This document shows positions 39,983 to 54,635 of a stretch of DNA of 64,000 nucleotides, one piece after another. The notes under the pieces are model-generated. The model was given only the letters and a program-made list of their open reading frames with translations. It was not told where the DNA came from and did no database searches. Within the stretch, counting starts at the first letter, position 1; each line of letters starts with the position of its first letter. Made by a program: the position numbers and the translations under genes. This DNA is from a virus, in the IMG/VR virus record IMGVR_UViG_3300036791_001907, positions 32,001 through 96,000 of that record; one strand, written 5' to 3'.

Positions 39983-40219
39983 ATGGCTGTCAGTGCACGT
40001 ACCACCAAGTTCACCGGCCCCCGCGCCGCGTCCGCCGACGATGACGACTACGACGATGGCAACATCGACATCGACGGCGACGAGGACGACCTCGATCTTG
40101 AGGATGCGGATGATGATCTTGACGACGAGGACGACGACAGCCTCGATGACGAGGACGAAGACGACGGCGACGATGACGTTGCCGATCCCGCCGAGGACCC
40201 CGCCGAGGAAGTGGTCTAG
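39983..40219 (+). CDS. Extremely acidic small protein (possible nucleic-acid mimic)
   Basis: 39 of 78 residues are D/E; RBS AGGAGG. Confidence 0.65.
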   Translation: MAVSARTTKFTGPRAASADDDDYDDGNIDIDGDEDDLDLEDADDDLDDEDDDSLDDEDEDDGDDDVADPAEDPAEEVV

Positions 40220-40220
40220 G

Positions 40221-40237
40221 CGTTACGCAGCATAACG
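40221..40237. promoter_or_regulatory. Palindrome CGTTACGC-A-GCATAACG (putative operator, copy 2)
   Basis: One mismatch to the perfect copies; intergenic. Confidence 0.5.
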
Positions 40238-40395
40238 AACTGGAGGCGAACCCATGTCGTGCAGACTCCGCTGACAGCACCTTGGCATCGGACTGCGTGA
40301 CATGATAGCTATCCGGGGGCGGTCTGCTGATCACAGGCCTTCCCCCCGGATAGCGCAACCCAATTCTGCCCGCGCGCTGGCTGTTGGCGCGGCCG

Positions 40396-42321
40396 TTATG
40401 GCGTGCTGAAGTAGCCGCGCTCGGCGCGCGCATCCTCGTCGGTCCAGCCGATCTCGGCGTTGCCGGCGGCGCGCACCTGCTCCGGCGTGAGCCGGTAGCC
40501 GGCGCCGGCGGCGAAGTTGGGCCAGGCGTCGTTGGCGTGCCAGAGGGTGGCGCAGCCCAGGTTCACGGCCTGGGCGAAGTCGTCGGTGAAGCCGGTGGCG
40601 CGCTTGATCAGGTAGATGTCACCTGCATGGGTGCCCGGTCGCTTCTCGTCGACTAAGGCCAGGAAGTCCTCGATCAGGCCCGCCACGCCGTCGTACTTGA
40701 AGAACCGGATCAGCTTCAGCTTGATCGACGAGGTCACGTAGATCAGGCTGCGGGTCTTGTCCAGCGAGTGCCGCGTCCGCTGGTGCTGGGGCGTGGCCGG
40801 GTGAAAGGTCATCAGCGAGTGCGTCGCCGACCGGACATACTGAATGGGCATGATCCGGGAGATCGGCACGCCGGCCTGGGTCAGGAATGTCTCCCTGAGA
40901 ATTCCCGCCCCGGTGTAGTCATGCGCAACGAGGTCGGGCTGGAACAGCTGGAAGTAGTGGAAGATCTCCTCGGCCTCATGAATGTGTTCGTGTGGGTTCA
41001 GAAGGCGGCGGCCCCAGAGCACGTCGATCCGGCCGTCGGTGCGCAGTCCGAGCAGGGCCACCACCGTGAACGACACGCCATCTTCACCGCCGCCGCCCCA
41101 GTCGATCCCCAGCACGGTCATCCGGTAGTTGCGCAGCCGCGCCATGACTTCCGGCCGCGGGTCCAGGGGGCGGTTCTCCCAGGGCAGCTCGGCCGCTTCC
41201 TGGAGGTCGGGCAAGGTGACCAGCTGGTTGCCCGTGGCCGACGACTCTCCCAGAACTTCATTGATAAACACATGCGGCGCCGTGTTGGCGGCGCCGTCGC
41301 GCTTCAGGAGCAGCTCGGCCCACTTCTTGCGCACCGCATAGTGCAGGGGCATGATCGGCTGGGGCACGTGCAGCCCCAGCCGCTCCCACCGCCGCTCCGG
41401 GTGGCGGTGCACCCAGCGGCCGTAGCGGGGATTGATCGGCTTCCGGCAGCGATGGCAGATGGTCCCCGGGCTGGCCTCGGAGATGTCGTCGTGCAGCGGA
41501 CCGAGCATTGCCTCCAGGTGGAACTCGAGGCTGGCGATGTTCCAGGCGCCGCAGCTGAAGCAGGGGGTGAACCACTCACCCCGGCTCGACCGCATCCATT
41601 CCCCGTGAATAAAGTTGTCCAGCGTCTTGGGGGTGCCGGTGACCTGGGTGATCCCGTACTCCTTCGAGGCCGACATGGTTTCCCGGATGATCGGGATATG
41701 ATCGGGGTCCATGTCCTGCGCTTCGTCGATCCCCACCTTCCCGGCCGGAATGCCGCGGACGCGGTCGACGTCCAGCAGTGCGAATGAGAAGAACATCCGG
41801 CTGCCGTTGTGGAACGTGCGCAGGAGCACGTTGCCGGTGGTCTCGGTGGAGACCCAGAGGTCACGGACCGGCGACTGCTTGATGAAGGCGCCTACATATT
41901 CCGTGGAGAACCGGCGGATCTGCTCGTAGCGGGGGGTCACAAACAGGGTCGAGAAGTGGGGGATCGCATTGGCCAGGGCCACGCCGTGGCTGGCCATCGA
42001 CGTCGACTTCGAGACCTGCCGCCCGGTGATCATCACCACATTGGTGGGCATCCGCACCCGGAAGAGCGGACTGAACGGGAAGTAGTCGTGGAGGCTGTAG
42101 GGCTTACCGTTCAGGTTGAACAGCAGCGGCAGGAGCGGCTCGAGCGTCTGGACCGAGCCCAGTTCGCAGAGCTTGCGGACCGAGATGATCCGGTCGACGT
42201 CCGAGATCGCGCGGCCTTCCTGCTCGGCCCGTTCCAGGTCGGCCAGGATCGCGCCGGTCTCCTTGAGCCGGCGCTCGGCGAGCAACTGATCCTTGCCTGG
42301 TGTCTTGAGCGCAACGGACAT
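40396..42321 (-). CDS. terL: Terminase large subunit (GpA-like)
   Basis: Walker A 'GRQVSKST', Walker B 'IDEAQD', 'GTPKT' coupling motif, CxxC...CxxC insert, nuclease 'LGIDWGGG', terminal 'DDFAQA'. Confidence 0.88.
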   Translation of the reverse strand: MSVALKTPGKDQLLAERRLKETGAILADLERAEQEGRAISDVDRIISVRKLCELGSVQTLEPLLPLLFNLNGKPYSLHDYFPFSPLFRVRMPTNVVMITGRQVSKSTSMASHGVALANAIPHFSTLFVTPRYEQIRRFSTEYVGAFIKQSPVRDLWVSTETTGNVLLRTFHNGSRMFFSFALLDVDRVRGIPAGKVGIDEAQDMDPDHIPIIRETMSASKEYGITQVTGTPKTLDNFIHGEWMRSSRGEWFTPCFSCGAWNIASLEFHLEAMLGPLHDDISEASPGTICHRCRKPINPRYGRWVHRHPERRWERLGLHVPQPIMPLHYAVRKKWAELLLKRDGAANTAPHVFINEVLGESSATGNQLVTLPDLQEAAELPWENRPLDPRPEVMARLRNYRMTVLGIDWGGGGEDGVSFTVVALLGLRTDGRIDVLWGRRLLNPHEHIHEAEEIFHYFQLFQPDLVAHDYTGAGILRETFLTQAGVPISRIMPIQYVRSATHSLMTFHPATPQHQRTRHSLDKTRSLIYVTSSIKLKLIRFFKYDGVAGLIEDFLALVDEKRPGTHAGDIYLIKRATGFTDDFAQAVNLGCATLWHANDAWPNFAAGAGYRLTPEQVRAAGNAEIGWTDEDARAERGYFSTP

Positions 42322-42424
42322 CGTGTTCCTCCATGAACGGCGCTGTGCGCCCGGAGCCACGGGTCCGATCCTACAATGGCGTGTGTGGCCAATACAATGT
42401 CAGCAACCAACTTAGGAGCGATCC

Positions 42425-42979
42425 ATGGAGCGACCCACACTCAAACGCGGCCTCGATCCGGCCGTCGTACTCTGGAACCCCAAGTACGTCCATAACCTGG
42501 CCGGCGCCATCCGGGCGGCCTCATGCTTCGGCGTTCCCCAGGTCTGGTGGACCGGCCGCCGGCTCGATGATGCGCTGTACTCGGTCGACCGGCTCCCCCG
42601 CGAGGAGCGGATGAAGGGTTATCGCGACGTCGCCTGGGGTCATACCTTCAGGCCGCTTGATCACTTCGACCGGGTAACCCCGGTGGCCGTGGAGAAGCGG
42701 GACCGGGCCGAATGTCTTACCGACTTCATCCACCCCGAGCGGGCCGTGTATCTTTTTGGCCCTGAGGACGGCTCGCTCCCCAAGGGACTGCTCCATGCCT
42801 GTCACCGCTTCGTCTGGATCCCCAGCGAGCAGTGCCTGAACCTGGCGGCCGCGGTCAATGTCGTCCTCTGTCACCGCCGGATCAGCCGCCAGCTTGCGGG
42901 TCTGGAGCCGCGGATCACCCTGGCCGAGACCCGCGGCTACGCCTCCACCATTGATGTCGCTGGCTGGGACGGCCGCTAG
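42425..42979 (+). CDS. SpoU/TrmH-family (SPOUT) RNA methyltransferase
   Basis: 'NPKYVHNLAGAIRAASCFG', 'YLFGPEDGSL', 'CLNLAAAVNVVL'. Confidence 0.9.
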   Translation: MERPTLKRGLDPAVVLWNPKYVHNLAGAIRAASCFGVPQVWWTGRRLDDALYSVDRLPREERMKGYRDVAWGHTFRPLDHFDRVTPVAVEKRDRAECLTDFIHPERAVYLFGPEDGSLPKGLLHACHRFVWIPSEQCLNLAAAVNVVLCHRRISRQLAGLEPRITLAETRGYASTIDVAGWDGR

Positions 42980-43462
42980 GCCGCCACCAAACCTGCGGGA
43001 GGATAGACGCAATGAAAACGGATCGACGGATGCTCCGCGGCGTGATCGAACGGGTCCGCGCCGCCGTGCCGAATGTGACCCGTGAGCGCCTGGCCGACAA
43101 GTTGCAGGAGCACTTCGATGCTGCCACCATTGCGGTCGAGCTGGACCTGGCCTTCGGCCCGCCCTGCGGACGGAAAGGGTGAGATCGCCTGTATGGCCAG
43201 CTGGCCGCCGGCGGTCTGCCGGGTTACATCGAATATCTCGAGGCAATTCGCCGGAGGACATGATGGCCAAGCCGAGGACCTACAAGGTCGCCGTCTACTG
43301 GCGCGACGACGAGCGGATCTGGCACCACCACGGCACCTGGGAGGGTGAGGCGAACAGTCCGGCCGACGCCAGGACGCGGGCGCTCAATGCGCTCGAGGAC
43401 GAGCGCATCGAAAGCTGGAAGGCCGAGATCATCGGCAGCAAACCAACCGGGAGTCCCAAGTC

Positions 43463-43804
43463 ATGAGTGAGGACAACATGGTCATCTTTGATCAGCGCAC
43501 CGGTACCGTGGTGGCCGATCCCCTGTGGGCCCCTTCGGTCCATGCCGGTCGTATTCTCCCCGACGGCCGCTGTCTACGGCTCATGGCGATGACCTACGGC
43601 AAGGTCCGGCTGACCCTCTCGGCGTCGCTGGACGCGTACGACTATCTCGACGGCTGGTGATACGACGGCATTCCCGCCGCGGTCGCGGCGCTCAACACCT
43701 GGGATCCGGCTGTGGATCCCGAGCCTTCAGGCTGGTACCGCAACCCCCTCTCGGGCCGCCGTCGGCCCGACGGCGACGCGTCCCGGGAATACGTGTGCTA
43801 CTAG
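43463..43804 (+). CDS. Small phage protein with in-frame TGA (43658-43660): candidate selenoprotein or nonsense pseudogene
   Basis: The frame continues after TGA as YDGIPAAVAALNTWDPAVDPEPSGWYRNPLSGRRRPDGD... to TAG at 43804; hairpin at 43675-43690. Confidence 0.6.
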
Positions 43805-43840
43805 GTGTCAGACATCGAAACCGAACCCGCGAGGTCAGCA

Positions 43841-44269
43841 ATGTCCAATACCGTGCGCACGACCATTTCGGTCCCACGGGCGCTCAAGGCACGGATGGAT
43901 GCCTATGAGCCGCCCATCAACTGGTCGGCGGTCGCCTGCCGCGCCTTCGAGGCGATCATCGGCATCGATGGTCCGCCCGGTTCCGATGCCGACATGACGA
44001 TCATCGAGCCGCATCCAGACGGCCATGGGGTTCGCCTGCTCGACCACGAGGATACGACTGAACTCCGGCGCAACATCGACGCTGGCCGGATCGTGGCGAT
44101 CTATGCCGGTGCCGTGGGCGACAACGTAGCTTTCGTACTCTGCACCAGTGCCGCATCGCTGCGCCAGTTCTTCGATGCTGCCATTGAAGCCGATTGCACT
44201 TACACGATCGAGGGTTGGAGCCGCGAGCCGTTGACTCTGAAGCCAGGCCAGCCCCACAATGACGCCTGA
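43841..44269 (+). CDS. Putative ribbon-helix-helix DNA-binding protein
   Basis: 'RTTISVPRALKARMD...INWSAVACRAFE'. Confidence 0.6.
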   Translation: MSNTVRTTISVPRALKARMDAYEPPINWSAVACRAFEAIIGIDGPPGSDADMTIIEPHPDGHGVRLLDHEDTTELRRNIDAGRIVAIYAGAVGDNVAFVLCTSAASLRQFFDAAIEADCTYTIEGWSREPLTLKPGQPHNDA

Positions 44270-44520
44270 CCGCGGAGACTGATCATGGGATACCCCACAA
44301 CGCGATCGGCAGCGCTGTACCTTGAACGGGTGGGGATCTTCCCCACCCTGAGGCAGCCGGTGCCGTCGGCCTCGCCGGACTTGAACCCGATCCATTCCTA
44401 CCCGCTCGTGCCGCCGCCCCATCCCTGGCCGTTCCTGATCCAGTACATCAATGGGTGTCCAGCGCCTGATCGTGGCCAGAGCGATATCTGGCCGTGGGGC
44501 GAGGCCGGCGAGCTGCCGCC

Positions 44521-44898
44521 ATGACCGGATCCGACCTGTTGCTCAACGTCGTGCTGCTCCCGCTGGCCACCGGAGCGGTCGTGGACATCTGGCTCAACGG
44601 CGCGCTCTTCGCCGGCTGGCGGGCCCGGATCGAGGCCCGGGAAAACAGGCTCTCCGAGTTCCTGGGCTGTAGCCTCTGCCTGAACTATCAGGTGCCCATC
44701 TGGCTCACGCTGGGCTGCTGGGCGCTGCCCATGTACGTCCCCCACTGGGCGGCGCTGGTTCTCCGTGGCATCCTGATCGCACTGGCCACAGGCCGGCTGG
44801 CGTGGCTGATCAACGCCTGGCTCGGCCCCGACTACGGCTACGACCGGGAGAGTCACGACCATGACGACGACGACGACGACGACGAAAAAGACGCTTGA
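44521..44898 (+). CDS. Membrane protein (DUF1360-like)
   Basis: TM segments with 'SEFLGCSLCLNYQV'. Confidence 0.55.
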   Translation: MTGSDLLLNVVLLPLATGAVVDIWLNGALFAGWRARIEARENRLSEFLGCSLCLNYQVPIWLTLGCWALPMYVPHWAALVLRGILIALATGRLAWLINAWLGPDYGYDRESHDHDDDDDDDEKDA

Positions 44899-45230
44899 CA
44901 TCGCGATCCGCGAGCGCGTCGAGGCCGAGGCCCGGGCGATCATGGCCGATCACCCCGAGGTCGAGGCCATCGGCGTGATGTTCCTGTCCAAGTACTTAAC
45001 CGGCATCCTGTCGGCCATGATCGTCAACGCCGACGGCAAGCCGCTCCGGCCCGATCAGAACGTGCGGCTCTTTGAAGTCTGGGTGCGGGTCGGGATGCAG
45101 CTGATGGCCAACAGCCAGCGCGACGTCCAGTTCCTCGACCAGATGCTCGCCGACTATGCCAGGAGGTTTGTCGATGCCAAGACGGCGGCGGAAGCGGGCC
45201 AGCAGCAACGGGCAGGACCGCCTGGAGCTG

Positions 45231-45827
45231 ATGGACAGCATCGAGACGCTGAGCCTTGATGAGATGGTGGCGGAGGCCGGCATCCCCGCGACCTGGGACG
45301 TCCTGATCGTCGGCGACGGCGCCGGCTGCTGGTGGGACCGGCCCTGCGGCTGGGGCTGCACCCTCTTTGATCATGCCCTGGGCCGCAGACGGGCCTTCTA
45401 CGGCGGCCTGTCGACCGGCTCGATCGCCATCGCCGAACTGATGCCGGCCGTGCACGCGATGCTCTGGTACGCCGAGTTCCACGGCCACGACCGCAAGCTT
45501 CAGCTGGGTCGCGGCACGCTCAACGTGCACGTGCTCACGGACAATGAGCCGACCGTCTGGCACTGGAAATGCCTGGCCGCAGGCGGTCAGCGCGCCCAGA
45601 AGCTGCGCCGGAAGCGGCCGCTCTGGAATATCATGCTCCAGCTCGAACGTGCCGGCTACAGTTTCCATTTCCACTGGACCGCGCGGCTGGCTGTGGGCCA
45701 GAACCAGCTCGCCGATGAAGTCGCCGGCAGGGCCCGCGACGCGATCGCCACATTCCAGCTGAAACCCCGTGACGGGGTCGCGCGCGATCTCGATAACGAG
45801 ATCTACAGGGTCAACCCAAGTACGTGA
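45231..45827 (+). CDS. Ribonuclease HI-like protein
   Basis: D-E-D-D set: 'IVGDGAG', 'IAELM', 'VLTDNE', 'FHW...NQLADEVA'. Start uncertain. Confidence 0.8.
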   Translation: MDSIETLSLDEMVAEAGIPATWDVLIVGDGAGCWWDRPCGWGCTLFDHALGRRRAFYGGLSTGSIAIAELMPAVHAMLWYAEFHGHDRKLQLGRGTLNVHVLTDNEPTVWHWKCLAAGGQRAQKLRRKRPLWNIMLQLERAGYSFHFHWTARLAVGQNQLADEVAGRARDAIATFQLKPRDGVARDLDNEIYRVNPST

Positions 45828-46147
45828 TGTTGCTAATGGTTATGGCATGATCGCCAGATCGCGGCGAGGCGCGGGTTGGCTCGGTCGCCCGTGCTCGCTA
45901 GGATGAAACCCGCACGACCGCCAGCGATCGGGGAAGGCAACCCAGTGGGCCACGCCGGCGGTTTCGTGTCACGGAGTCCCAGGTTTCGCACGGAGGTGTG
46001 ACCATGGTCGGGCGGCCCTCGCATGCCAGCGGTCCCGCGGGACCGGCAGATGCCGCCTGAACCGATGCACTTCACCAGCCGCTCCGCCGTGGAGCCGGCC
46101 CTGGAGAGACTCCGTTTTTTCTCCCGGCGATCCCGAGGAACCAGACG

Positions 46148-49870
<3,723 letters not shown>

Positions 49871-49945
49871 CACCGTGTCCAGCCCCGTTCCGGCCGTCGC
49901 CCCCATTCCGGGGCGCCGGCCCCGGCGCGCGCTAACGGGCCGGGC

Positions 49946-49969
49946 GAAAACCTGTCATATACCAGTGGA
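49946..49969 (+). promoter_or_regulatory. GAAAACCTGTCATATACCAGTGGA (motif copy 2, extended)
   Basis: 13-mer shared with 13701 and 59356; the 3' 16-mer is 15/16 identical to 15083-15098. Confidence 0.55.
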
Positions 49970-50016
49970 TAGCGTCCCGTACGGGGTCGTTGTCCGGTTT
50001 CGCATGGAGGTCAAGA

Positions 50017-53000
50017 TGAGCGAGCAACCAACCAAGGGCGTGCCCAACCTGCTGGTCCAGATCACAGGTGACACGGCACTCTACGAGGCCGACAGCGACA
50101 TGAACGTCGTCCTGATCAACTGGGACCGCCTGGCGGACGACGACACGACCAGGGGCACGCTGTGCGAGGTCTGGAAGGAGATCTGGACCCTGCCCGAAGC
50201 GATGCGGGAGGGCCCGCTGTGCGACCTGATCGACATGGTGGAAGAGCGGTTCCCGATCATGGCCGAGTTCTGCCCCGAATGGTGGGATAATGACTACGCG
50301 GTGCCGGCCGGCCCGCCGGTCCCATTCGATGCCACCGCGGCCATCCTCCGGATGGGTCCCGACGCGGTCGATAGCATGCAGGATAATGCCCTTCCTACGG
50401 ATCGCCTGGCTGATGATCTGCCGGCGCGACAAGCCCATGACGGGCCGTTCGAGGTCAAGGTCCGGCAGGCTGCGCTCGAGTTTCTTGCAGCCGACCTGAA
50501 TGAGGCCGCCGACAATGAGCGCTCCGGAACCGCCTGAACTGCCCGACGACTACGACGGCACGCTCTACCGGGTGGTCTTCGTCGAGGACGGCGAGCGCAC
50601 GATCGTGAACGTTCTGCTGCCAGGGCTGACCGCAGCCGTGAATGCCATGCGCCGCGCCATGATGGCGCTGCTGACGGCCCGGATCGGCCATCTCATCGGG
50701 CCCCAGACGCCCTACGAGGGCCAGGCGGATGTCTTCGGCAAACAGGTGCGGCTCTACCTGCCTGATGGTCCTGTGGACTTCCTGATCGAGGAGAGCGACG
50801 ACGATGCAATGGACCCCTGAGAAGCTCAAAGAACGGGTCGCGGCGCTGCCTGAGGACGTGCGGACCACGATCATCTGCGACGTCGCCTGGAGCTTCTTTG
50901 GCGATCTCGATGACGATGGCGAGGAGTACATCGACACCGGCCGCAGGCCCGACAGCCCGGACCTGACTGCGGCGGTCGACTATCTCCGCGAGGAGCTAAC
51001 CAAGATGCGATCCGAGGAGGCTAACAATGACGACGCAGTTTGATCCCCTGGGTTCCCACTACGCGATGCATGGCGGCGACGCCGGAACCATGGTGCCGCT
51101 CTCCCGGGTACTGATCGAGACGGCCTTTATCCTGATCCCCGACGTCACCCTTGAGGTGGCCGTCACAAAGCTCCTGACGCTGGCGCGCAAGCTCGACGTC
51201 CCGGTCGATGACGGCTGGCTGGAGAACTGGTGTCGGGAGCTGTGCACCGAGGTCTGGCAGATGACCGCCTGATCAAGGAGAACAATCCCATGTCCATCGA
51301 CCTGTACAGCTACCAGGCGTGCCTGGGCACGCTGGTGATCGACTGGGCCAACCGCACGTTCACGCTCGCGGGCATGGACGGCGACGGCGGCGAGGAGATG
51401 ACCGTCGCCGATGTCCAGGCAACCTTCGCGGCGCATGCCAACAACGACGACATCGAGGTCTCGGCGCTCGTCTTCTGGCCCGAGAACGAGCAGCTCTGCG
51501 CTCATGATGAAGGCAGCTTCGCCAACGAGCTGGAGCACGACCGCGAGATCAAGGGCGACGACGAGGAGGACGGATGCGAGACGTGAAGCTGCCCGACGGC
51601 ACTTGGGTCACGACCGCGCTGTTCGCCGGGGCGGCGACGGCGCAGGCGCAGTGCCCGGACGATACGTGCGCGTGGGAGGACAACGGCCCGATCATGGGCG
51701 AGGGGCCGGTGCCGGTCCAGCTCCAGCGGTGCCCCCGCTGCGGCTGGGTCCGCGGCCGCTACCTGGGCAACCCCCACCCCGAAGCTGGAAGCGACGAGCC
51801 ACTGGACTACAACCTGATCTGAACCACAGAAAGGCAGGAGCAAGGATATGGTGGAAGCCGACGACGCCGATGGGAAGCTACCCGACGTTGGTGGTGTGAT
51901 CGCTGACGGCAAGCACCACGGGACGTTCTGTGGCTCCTGCCGCACAGAGCTCAGTTCTTACGAGGTCCGTTAGGCGTACGGTTCAGACAGGGAGAATCTT
52001 GATGAGTAAGCTTTCGCAGAATGTCTGGATGGTCGACAACCTCAACCCCAATTCCCGGGATCCCGATGACGATGGAGCCGACGAGGGCTTCGATATCTCC
52101 GTGTACGACAGTCTGCTCGATGCCGACCAGGAGGCCAGGCGCATCGCCGGTTGCAGTCGATCGTCCCTGGCAACATCGGACTATCTGGTTTACCGCGGAC
52201 ACGATGGCGCGATCAGTGTCCTCGTTCACAGGGTTCCTCGCGAGGTGGCCAGTGCGCAGTGGCCCGAACTTGCGATCCCGACTGTCGACTATCCGGTGAC
52301 CGAGGAGGATCTCGCACTGATCAGGAAGCGTACCTGCAAACGCGTGCAGCGGCAGATCGCGGCCATCAACCTGCAAACCACCGCGATCGTGCAGCTGAGG
52401 GACAAGGTAATGGCACTGGCGGTACTGGCGATGCTGGCAGGAGAACCCGACCCGATCCGCCGTCCGCCCGTAAAAGGGGCTCGGGTTCAGTTCGCCTATC
52501 TCATTGCCCGCGGCCCGAACAAGGGACGGTTTGCCGCGGTGTTCAAGTGTCCGCAGCCCGGAGGATACCAGCTCGTCACTGGTCCCGAACGCTCATTCTC
52601 GGGTGGTTCGGGGCTGAAGCTGGACCATCGGACGGTCTATGGCAACTACACGACGCTGGCTGCGGCCATGGACGGTCTGGAGGCCCTGTTCGCCGATCAG
52701 CTCAGCGACCATCTCCGGCAGCTTCTGGCCACGGACTGCGCCACGCTCCGCTCCTGACCTTGAGGAGGATCCCAATGCCAGATCCTGAACTGCGCGCGGT
52801 CATCGTGCTGGGCAAGGATCACCTGAAGTGCCCTTACTGCGGCATCGCGGGGCTCGACAACTTTTACTACGTGGAAACCGCCTCGACCATGCGGGAGCTG
52901 ATCAGTCTGACGGATCAGTTGCTGCTGATCCGGTCGCATTACGCCGTGGCCGATGAGAGTACCGACAATCCCCGGCTGGGATGCAAGAGCTGCGACAAGG

Positions 53001-53313
53001 ACTGCGCGCTCCCGCCCGATCTCGAACTGGAATGGGAGTGATCATGGCCACGACCACCCTGGGACCGGACGGCCTGCTGGTCGAGGTGCGCGACGAAAGC
53101 GATGGCGACAACCGGGCGCCGCCCCGCACCTTCAAGGTGGCGCAGGATGCCTACGGCATCTTCGTCGAGGACGTTCAGAGCGGCCACCACGTGGTGCTGG
53201 AGATCTTCGATGGCCAGTTGAGCGCCCTGGTCTTCGACCGCGATCAGGAGGAGCCGGTGGTGAACCACAAGTTCACGCTCCCGCCCGCGGAAGACCAGCA
53301 CGGCGCCCCTTGA
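50017..53313 (+). other. Cluster of about 8 short co-oriented hypothetical ORFs (e.g. 50017-50537, 50500-50820, 50804-51043, 51027-51272, 52002-52757)
   Basis: Overlapping start/stop codons and RBSs; several acidic or CxxC-containing; no family recognised. Confidence 0.55.
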
Positions 53314-53318
53314 TGTGA

Positions 53319-53535
53319 TCCGATGGCCACCGGAATATGTGGCGGTGACGGCAGCGCAGGAGAGGACAGCCGTGGCAAGCCGAGCCCGCTCGCGGCAGGG
53401 CAGGCCAAGGCGGGCCTTGGCAGCAAAGGCGGGGCGTGGACGGACGCGTTATGCTAGGATGAGCCTCGCGCAGGCAGGACCGCCGAGGATGGTTGAGGCT
53501 TGATCTATCAGGGCACGCCCAGCCAAGTCAGGGCA
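53319..53535 (+). ncRNA. Orphan guide-RNA array 12: pseudoknot repeat plus 3 units
   Basis: TCCGATGGCCACCGGAATATGTGGCGGTGACGG, then GGCA|GCGCA|GGAGA|GGACA|GCCGT|GGCAA|GCCGA... Confidence 0.85.
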
Positions 53536-53681
53536 GGACGCCAGTCGTACTGGTCGGGACCCTACCGCCGGACCCGGCGGTGGGCCTGACACCCGGGGAT
53601 CCTGGGACACCTCTTGCCCCCAGGATCCCAGGTGGGCCGGTCTCTGGAACGAGACGTCGTTCCGGGGGCCGGTCCGTTTTC

Positions 53682-54635
53682 TTACGGGTCAAGCCACCCC
53701 CCTTCACTGCCGAAGGGATCGCGGGCGTGCATCAGTCCCAGGGCCAGCAGCTGATCGGGTCCGGTATAGCAGGTCGAATAGTCCGGGTGGAAGAAGGATC
53801 GGCTCGGAGTCTGCTCGAGCATCAGTTCCATGGAGCGGTATTCCCGGGCGTCGCCGAAGTGCTCGCCGCGGATGATCTCCTCCCGCGCCCGCGGCACCGC
53901 GTCATCAAAATGTTTGCAATGTAGGAGCGCTCCCCGCATTGGCGCCAACGTCACCGGGACCTTCAGGCCGTGCGCGCCGCAGTCGAACGCCTGGCCCGGC
54001 TGCCAGCGCACCAGCGGCAGCTTGCTGCCGGCCGGCGCGTCGCGGCCGAGCCCATCGAAGACGCGGGTCCGCGCGCCCCCCAGGATCATGCGGTGCGGAA
54101 ACGCCGGGATCGTGATCCAGCGATAGTGCTTGCGGTCGAAGAAGGGGGTTGCGGACAGGAACGGTTCGCCGCGAACATAGCCCACGCTGCCGAACGGCCG
54201 GTCGGAATAGCAGTCAGTGAGCACACAGAAGAGCGCACGGGCCTGGGCGCGGTCGAGTTCCCCGGTCAGGTCCTGGATCGGCTTGCCGGCGCTGCCGGGC
54301 CAGACCAGCAGCTCGTCGGCATCGGCGATCAAGACCCAGCATTCCGGACAGTGTGTGTTCAGGACCGGGTTGACCCAGTCCATGCCGAAGTGGGCGGGCC
54401 CGTAGCGGTCTTGGGTCTCGAACAGGCTGACGTCAGGCCGGTCCTCGAGAAACTCGTGGGTGCCGTCGCTGGAGCCATTGTCGATCAGCAGGAACCGATC
54501 GAACCCGAGCGCCCGATAATACATCAGGAAAAAGGGGAGGCGCAAGGTCTCGTTCCGGACCACGGAAACGACGACGTGATCGGTCGGCCGGATATCATCC
54601 GGCGGCCGTGTGGACGCGGCAAGTGTAACCGGCAT
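53682..54635 (-). CDS. Glycosyltransferase family 2 protein
   Basis: 'VVRNETLRLPFFLMYYRALGFDRFLLIDNGSSDGT', 'WVLIADADELL'. Confidence 0.88.
   Translation of the reverse strand: MPVTLAASTRPPDDIRPTDHVVVSVVRNETLRLPFFLMYYRALGFDRFLLIDNGSSDGTHEFLEDRPDVSLFETQDRYGPAHFGMDWVNPVLNTHCPECWVLIADADELLVWPGSAGKPIQDLTGELDRAQARALFCVLTDCYSDRPFGSVGYVRGEPFLSATPFFDRKHYRWITIPAFPHRMILGGARTRVFDGLGRDAPAGSKLPLVRWQPGQAFDCGAHGLKVPVTLAPMRGALLHCKHFDDAVPRAREEIIRGEHFGDAREYRSMELMLEQTPSRSFFHPDYSTCYTGPDQLLALGLMHARDPFGSEGGWLDP

Noticed and set aside
43658-43660. Genome-wide TGA reassignment
   Set aside because: Many confident genes end in TGA with ATGA/GTGA coupling; only this one in-frame TGA was seen.
45828-46147. Cobalamin riboswitch upstream of nrdJ
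   Set aside because: Could not identify the B12 box and conserved core in the right arrangement.
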